Below, piece by piece: positions 53,057 to 58,202 of a stretch of 58,202 bases of DNA (its first letter is position 1; each line of letters begins with the position of its first letter). Below the pieces are notes generated by a model. That model was not told where the DNA came from and made no database searches. It worked only from the letters and a program-made list of their open reading frames with translations. The DNA is taken from assembly GCA_964106915.2 (NCBI GenBank), contig CAXKYZ020000115.1; one strand, 5' to 3'. The position numbers were made by a program, and so were the translations under genes. This DNA comes from Podarcis gaigeae (Eukaryota).

Positions 53057-56000
53057 ATGCCGCCCTTCAGGATGTTGATGTTCGCCATGCCCGAGTCGCG
53101 GTCGACGTTCACCTCAGCTCGGATCGGCTCACGGTTCTTGATCGCCAACAGGATCTGTTCGAGGACCGGCTGAATTTCCTTGGTCGCGTTCTCGAACCCC
53201 TTCTCCAACTGGGAGGAAGAGTTCGCGCCAGTGTCGAATTGGCCGGTGAACTTACCGTCCGCATCGAAGCCACTGGCGAGGGCGAATGCCGCACCAACAC
53301 CGAACGCCGCAGCGTTATACGCAGCAGCACGACGACCATTCGCCGTCGTCGGCACCTTCAACCCCGGCTTCTCCCCCACATAGCCACCGAACCCTGTGAG
53401 TCCACCGTCAGCCATCGGCACCAACTCGTACCCGAACCGGCGTGCAGTCTCACGGGTGATCGCGACTGAACGGTTCCGCTTCGACGGGGCGTGCGGAATG
53501 TAGGACTCTCCGCCTGTTCCCTTCTCCGCGAACCGAATCAAATCCGCACCATCCGAATACAGGCCGGCTTGGTCGGGGAGGTTCATGCCGCCGTTCTCGA
53601 ACACCTTGAACCCGCCAGACCAGATCAGGTTCGGATCCTTCCCCGCAGCATCCGAGGTACCACCAGCAGGCGCTGTCGCCGGCGCAGGTTCAGGCGCTGA
53701 ATACGACGATGACGATGTTCCGGGCCAGTTGGTGACGAACACCCGCTGCCCATCCGTCGCCAACGCAGCACCACTGTCAGTAGTGCCAACAGTCATCTGA
53801 CTGCCGTTGCCGCGGGCATTCGACGCAGCGATGATCTCGTCCGCCTCAGCAGCCTTCACCGCATAATTCGAACCATCCGCAGTGCCCGACTGCTGCACCT
53901 TCTGCGCCGCCTCAGCCTCCGACATGCTGTTGTAGTCGAAGTCGTCGAGCTTGTCGTAAAACATGCCCGCAGCCCGAGTCGGATCCTTCCGGTCCTCCAA
54001 CGTTCCCCAACCACCGTTATCGCGCTGCTGCATGATGCCGGCGTTATCGCCATCCATGCCGTAGTCGAGGTTCTGCAAATCGGTTTCAGCGAGGGCGGTC
54101 ATGACCGCGGCCTTGATGCCCTTATCGCTGATGCCGCGGCGCTTACCTTCCGCGATCACCTGATCGGCGATCTTCTCCCGCTCCGTCCGAGTATCCGGAG
54201 CAGCAGGAGCCGCATCCTTACCAGCACCAGACGGGGCACCCAACGGTTCCTTCGACGCCGCATGCACATGGTTCTCGTGCTGCTGCATCGTCGCCGCACC
54301 ATAGAACGACGGATCGACGATCTTCCCGTCCTTGATGTTCCGAGTGAACCGCGGATCCGAGTAAATCAACTCCGCCAACTGCGACTGGTAGTTGTCGGCG
54401 AGATAGTTCGCCCACGCCAACTGCTCATCGGTGTTTCCTGAGCCGTTGGAGTAGTCGACTGCCTTCCCTTGCCCGTGGTAGTCGTTGGTGTCCCGGTACG
54501 ACGAGGTGAGTTGCAGTCCTGGTGCGTGTTGGGATGCGATGCCGGTGAACGACTCGACGACACCACCATTCGCCATCTTGATAGCGTCAGGTTTGATGAG
54601 TCCGAATCCGAAGCGGCGAGCCACATCCTGCAAGATCGCCTCCGAACGTTTCCGCTTCGACGGCGCCCCCGGAATATAGGCTTCCCACTGCGTTTCGCCT
54701 TCCGCGTACTGCACCGGCCCGAGCGGGGACTTCGTGTAGATGCCCTGCCCTGAACCCTGCTGAATGTGTGCGGTGTCGATCATCCCGTCCGCACGCGTAC
54801 GGATAGCGCCGTCAGCGAGTCCGTTATCAGCGAGAGACGGGCCGATGAACGTCGGGTCCACGCCAGCTGCGACCCGACGTTCAGTGATCACAGCCGAGAT
54901 CCGTAGGGTACGTTGCCGACTCAGCCACTCCTGCATCCGCGCTTCAGCGTCAGCGGTTTCAGCTGTGACATTGACCGTTCCATCAGGCAGCGTCTCAACC
55001 TTCAAGCCAAGCGCCTTGAGTTGATCCATCGAATCTTGAGTCAACGCCTGAGTGTGGATGGTCTTCGAGTCCGGGACATCGATGACCTTGTCCTTCAACA
55101 CGTCCAACTCGTACTTGGCTTCAGGCATGCCCGATTGCAGGATCTTCGTGTCAACAAACTCAGGCGTCAGTCCGAGCACATTCAGGTAGTCCACCGCTGC
55201 CTTGTTCGACATGCCAGTGGCCATCAATTGCTCGATCAGAGCGTTTCGGTTTTCGTTGTACTGACCGGTCAAAGCCTCAACGGTATTGCCGGCTTCCATA
55301 CCCGTCTTGATCTGATTGACGAACTGATCGGACATGCCCTTGAGCCCGTTTTCCATCTGGACCTGCGCCTCGTTGTTGCGATCGATCGAACCAGTCCAGT
55401 TCTCAATCTTGATCGCAGCACCATCAGCGCCAACACCAATATCAGCGATCGCCTTGTTCACCTTCGCCGACTCATCGTTGAACGCCGCCGACAACTTCAT
55501 GTCCCCAGCGAACTCGTTGAACCTGTCCTGAGCCTGACCCAAAGCGGGAATCAGAGTGTCGTGGATACCGTCAGCAGCGCCTTCCAACATGTTCGAGATG
55601 CCCTCGCCTCCAGTGCGAGTCTTGTCGGCCATGTCCCGCATCTTGTCCGCAGCGCCACCTGTCGCGAGCCCCAGCAGGTCACCGAAAACGGGGATCGCTT
55701 CACCCACTGACAGGATGTTCGCACCCATATCCAGGAACGACGCACCAGTCTCGGACGCCGAGACAGCGAACTCGGCCAGTCCACGAAGCCCGCCTTCTAC
55801 GAATCCGAGGACTGACTTGCCCGCTTCGAACACCGTGTTGCCGATGTCGATGAAGAACTGGATCACACCGGCACGGTTGTTTGAGATGTTGTCTGCGAAG
55901 TCTTTGATGTACGGTCCGAATGCTTGCGCGAGAGCAGCTTTCATGCCATCGCCAGCAAGTTCGATGGACCGCATCGCGCCTTCAACGGATGTCGAGGCGT

Positions 56001-57525
56001 TGCCGCCCATCACGTTGATCGCACGCCACGCCGCACCCTCGTAGTCGTTCATCGACTGGATGGCCGTATCAAGATCCATCGCATAGAGCGCGTCGCCCAA
56101 GTCTTCAGCCTGCGTGCCGAAAAGAGCTGTTGCTAGCGTGGCGCGTTCCTGCTCATCAGTGACCCCGCGCAGCTTGTCCAACACCTGGCCTAGAGCTTCA
56201 CGTGCACCCTCTCCACCGCCAGCGATCTTCTTCCCCATGTCCTCGGCGTTGAACCCGAGGGCCCCGAACCCTTCCGACATCTTCTCGTTGTTGGCAATGA
56301 GATCCTGCTGGCTCAGCGCAACACCGTCTTGCTCGTATGCAAGATCAGCAAAAGCTTTTGCGCTCAACTCGCTACCGTCGATTGCGCGGATGCTGAACTC
56401 TTTCAAAGCATCTGCTGCGAGGTCAGTGTCACGTGCGCCCGCCTTCACGGCCTGGGACATCAGACCGATCGATTCGGCACCAGTCAGACCTAGCTTGCGA
56501 AACTGGGTTCCATACTCGTTGACAGTGTCGAGGAAGTCCTCGGAGTTGTTGAGACCAAGCTGGGTTGCCTTCGTGAACAGGTCGAAAGCATCCTGCGCGT
56601 CGACAGCGAACCCAGTCTTAAGAGCCTGACCAGCTGCCTTAGCAACGGCAGGGATCTCCTCTTCCATGATCGTGGCGACACCATCGAGGCTGTTGATCAT
56701 CTTCTCGGCGTCACGTTGCGTTGCAGCTGGATCCAGAAGACCGTTGCGCAAAGCGAATTTCGCCGTGTCCAAGTTGCCTTCAACAGACTCACCGAACGCA
56801 TCCGCGTAGGACTCGCCCGCGGCAAGACCGAACTTCCGAGCCTGTCCTTCCGTGACACCAGTACGTGCCTGAAACAGATCCTGCGTCTTCTCCTGCTCCA
56901 TGCCCTCTTTGATGGCCGCAGCGAGCGCAGCGCCAGCCGTCAAGCCGATGACAGCGACACCAAGCAGCGAACCAGCGATAGGGCCGGTCGACGACGCGAG
57001 GTTGCCGATCGTGTCAGTAAAACCGGACAGGAAGTTTCCGCCAGCCTGATCACCAGCACCAGCACCGCCGTCACCAGCCTGCCGATACAGGTCATCCAGG
57101 TCACCCTGAGCGGCCTGCAAATCCTCCCGAAGGCGATTACCTAGTTCGATGTCGTTCAGCGCACCAGCTGCTTGCCGTGCGCCGGCACGGATTTCGTCGA
57201 TCCCTCGTGCAGCGTCGCGGGCTTCGTTGAGAAGTCGGTCGTTCATGACGATGTCGTCGACTGACTGGTCGGCGCGTTGCGCGTTGCGTTCCAACTCTTG
57301 GATGCGTTGCGCGGCTTGCTGCGCCTGCCGGTCCAACTGCCGGTTGATTTCCACGGCTTGTGCTGCTTCGCCTGCGCGGGCGGCGGCGCGGGTGATGTCC
57401 TGGAAGCCGTTGCTGATCCGTTGTGTGGATTGCCGTGACTGCTGCTCGGATCGTTGGGTTCCCTGGATGAAGCGGGAATCGTCCAATGTCAGTCGGGCTA
57501 CGAGCTCACCAACGTCCAAGCTCAT
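53053..57525 (-). CDS. Tape measure protein (copy 2)
   Basis: Same as 13978-18450. Confidence 0.96.
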   Translation of the reverse strand: MSLDVGELVARLTLDDSRFIQGTQRSEQQSRQSTQRISNGFQDITRAAARAGEAAQAVEINRQLDRQAQQAAQRIQELERNAQRADQSVDDIVMNDRLLNEARDAARGIDEIRAGARQAAGALNDIELGNRLREDLQAAQGDLDDLYRQAGDGGAGAGDQAGGNFLSGFTDTIGNLASSTGPIAGSLLGVAVIGLTAGAALAAAIKEGMEQEKTQDLFQARTGVTEGQARKFGLAAGESYADAFGESVEGNLDTAKFALRNGLLDPAATQRDAEKMINSLDGVATIMEEEIPAVAKAAGQALKTGFAVDAQDAFDLFTKATQLGLNNSEDFLDTVNEYGTQFRKLGLTGAESIGLMSQAVKAGARDTDLAADALKEFSIRAIDGSELSAKAFADLAYEQDGVALSQQDLIANNEKMSEGFGALGFNAEDMGKKIAGGGEGAREALGQVLDKLRGVTDEQERATLATALFGTQAEDLGDALYAMDLDTAIQSMNDYEGAAWRAINVMGGNASTSVEGAMRSIELAGDGMKAALAQAFGPYIKDFADNISNNRAGVIQFFIDIGNTVFEAGKSVLGFVEGGLRGLAEFAVSASETGASFLDMGANILSVGEAIPVFGDLLGLATGGAADKMRDMADKTRTGGEGISNMLEGAADGIHDTLIPALGQAQDRFNEFAGDMKLSAAFNDESAKVNKAIADIGVGADGAAIKIENWTGSIDRNNEAQVQMENGLKGMSDQFVNQIKTGMEAGNTVEALTGQYNENRNALIEQLMATGMSNKAAVDYLNVLGLTPEFVDTKILQSGMPEAKYELDVLKDKVIDVPDSKTIHTQALTQDSMDQLKALGLKVETLPDGTVNVTAETADAEARMQEWLSRQRTLRISAVITERRVAAGVDPTFIGPSLADNGLADGAIRTRADGMIDTAHIQQGSGQGIYTKSPLGPVQYAEGETQWEAYIPGAPSKRKRSEAILQDVARRFGFGLIKPDAIKMANGGVVESFTGIASQHAPGLQLTSSYRDTNDYHGQGKAVDYSNGSGNTDEQLAWANYLADNYQSQLAELIYSDPRFTRNIKDGKIVDPSFYGAATMQQHENHVHAASKEPLGAPSGAGKDAAPAAPDTRTEREKIADQVIAEGKRRGISDKGIKAAVMTALAETDLQNLDYGMDGDNAGIMQQRDNGGWGTLEDRKDPTRAAGMFYDKLDDFDYNSMSEAEAAQKVQQSGTADGSNYAVKAAEADEIIAASNARGNGSQMTVGTTDSGAALATDGQRVFVTNWPGTSSSSYSAPEPAPATAPAGGTSDAAGKDPNLIWSGGFKVFENGGMNLPDQAGLYSDGADLIRFAEKGTGGESYIPHAPSKRNRSVAITRETARRFGYELVPMADGGLTGFGGYVGEKPGLKVPTTANGRRAAAYNAAAFGVGAAFALASGFDADGKFTGQFDTGANSSSQLEKGFENATKEIQPVLEQILLAIKNREPIRAEVNVDRDSGMANINILKGGI

Positions 57526-57544
57526 CGCTCAGCCCTCCAAGGGT

Positions 57545-57952
57545 TCAGGTTTTCGGTTTGATCGTGGCGAGGAACTCGGTGGCCTGTTCGAGGTCGACGA
57601 GTTTGCCGAGTTGCGCTAGCGCCCAATGGGCCTCGCCGATATCGGCGGAGAAGCCGTAATGGAGAATCGCGGTGCGGCCTGAGTGCAACACCATCGGCCA
57701 AGGCAGGTCATCGGCGACCATCTCGTCGTAGACGCCGCCCGACCACAGTTCGGTTTCCGGGTCGATCTCGGCGCCGAGGATTTTCAGTGCCTCGAATACC
57801 TGCTCGACTGGCGGTACACCTTCCGCGATGACCTGCTTCCGTAGCCGTGCGGCCTCTGGTGCGCCGGGTGCGGGCACCGTGTACGTCTTCCCGCGGATCG
57901 GCAGGTGCAGATCCGGGTCGAAGAAAGTATCCAAATCCTTGTAAGCCATCAC
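57545..57952 (-). CDS. Tail assembly chaperone-like paralog (copy 2)
   Basis: Same as 18470-18877. Confidence 0.75.
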   Translation of the reverse strand: MMAYKDLDTFFDPDLHLPIRGKTYTVPAPGAPEAARLRKQVIAEGVPPVEQVFEALKILGAEIDPETELWSGGVYDEMVADDLPWPMVLHSGRTAILHYGFSADIGEAHWALAQLGKLVDLEQATEFLATIKPKT

Positions 57953-57978
57953 TGGCCTTTCGGGTATAGTCAGTATTT

Positions 57979-58202
57979 ATGAACGATATGGAGTGGCCTG
58001 AAAGAATTACGCACACCATCGTGACGCGCATCGGGGAGCGTCGAACTGCCCTTGGCATGAGTTACCAAGACTTGGCCAACGCCTGCACAGAACTCGGATA
58101 CCCGACCATCCGAACAACTCTCGCCAACCTCGAAGGAGGAAGACGAAAGTCAATAACCGTGCACGAACTGTTCATCGTCGCCAAGGCGCTAGAGGTCAGC
58201 CC
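57979..58202 (+). CDS. XRE HTH protein (copy 2, truncated by window end)
   Basis: Same as the 5' part of 18904-19296. Confidence 0.8.
   Translation, partial: MNDMEWPERITHTIVTRIGERRTALGMSYQDLANACTELGYPTIRTTLANLEGGRRKSITVHELFIVAKALEVS

Larger units (their letters stand above)
39076..58202 (+). repeat. Direct repeat of 1-19127 (second, partial genome copy)
   Basis: Every ORF in 1-19127 recurs with identical translation at +39,075. Confidence 0.98.

Overview
The window is about 1.5 copies of one complete 39,075-bp temperate siphovirus genome of a high-GC actinobacterium (Rhodococcus/Gordonia-like by gene style; host is inferred). Positions 39076-58202 repeat 1-19127, and the ORF tracks of the two copies are identical at a constant offset of 39,075. 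No host DNA is visible and attP (3' end of tRNA-Ala) is intact, so this is the excised/circular form over-assembled, or a concatemer. Most genes are on the minus strand: cro, YqaJ/RecT recombination, replication initiator with internal iterons, many small genes, RusA-like resolvase, then terminase, portal, minor capsid, scaffold, major capsid, head-tail, major tail, tail chaperones, tape measure, Dit, minor tails and an embedded lysis cassette. Plus-strand genes are the repressor-ImmA/IrrE-DUF2510 operon, a HicA-like pair beside attP and an HTH gene in the tail operon. Highlights: (1) a minimal candidate 7-deazaguanine DNA-modification module (VUT/YhhQ transporter plus TGT/DpdA-fold enzyme, no biosynthesis genes) whose transporter is fused in frame to RusA; (2) an unannotated ~150-nt pseudoknotted RNA in the capsid operon; (3) a duplicated tail chaperone split by an antisense HTH gene; (4) small unannotated elements: three hairpins before the scaffold gene, a micro-ORF chain, and a terminator covering the integrase RBS. 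All family calls are from motif recognition by eye; no searches were run.
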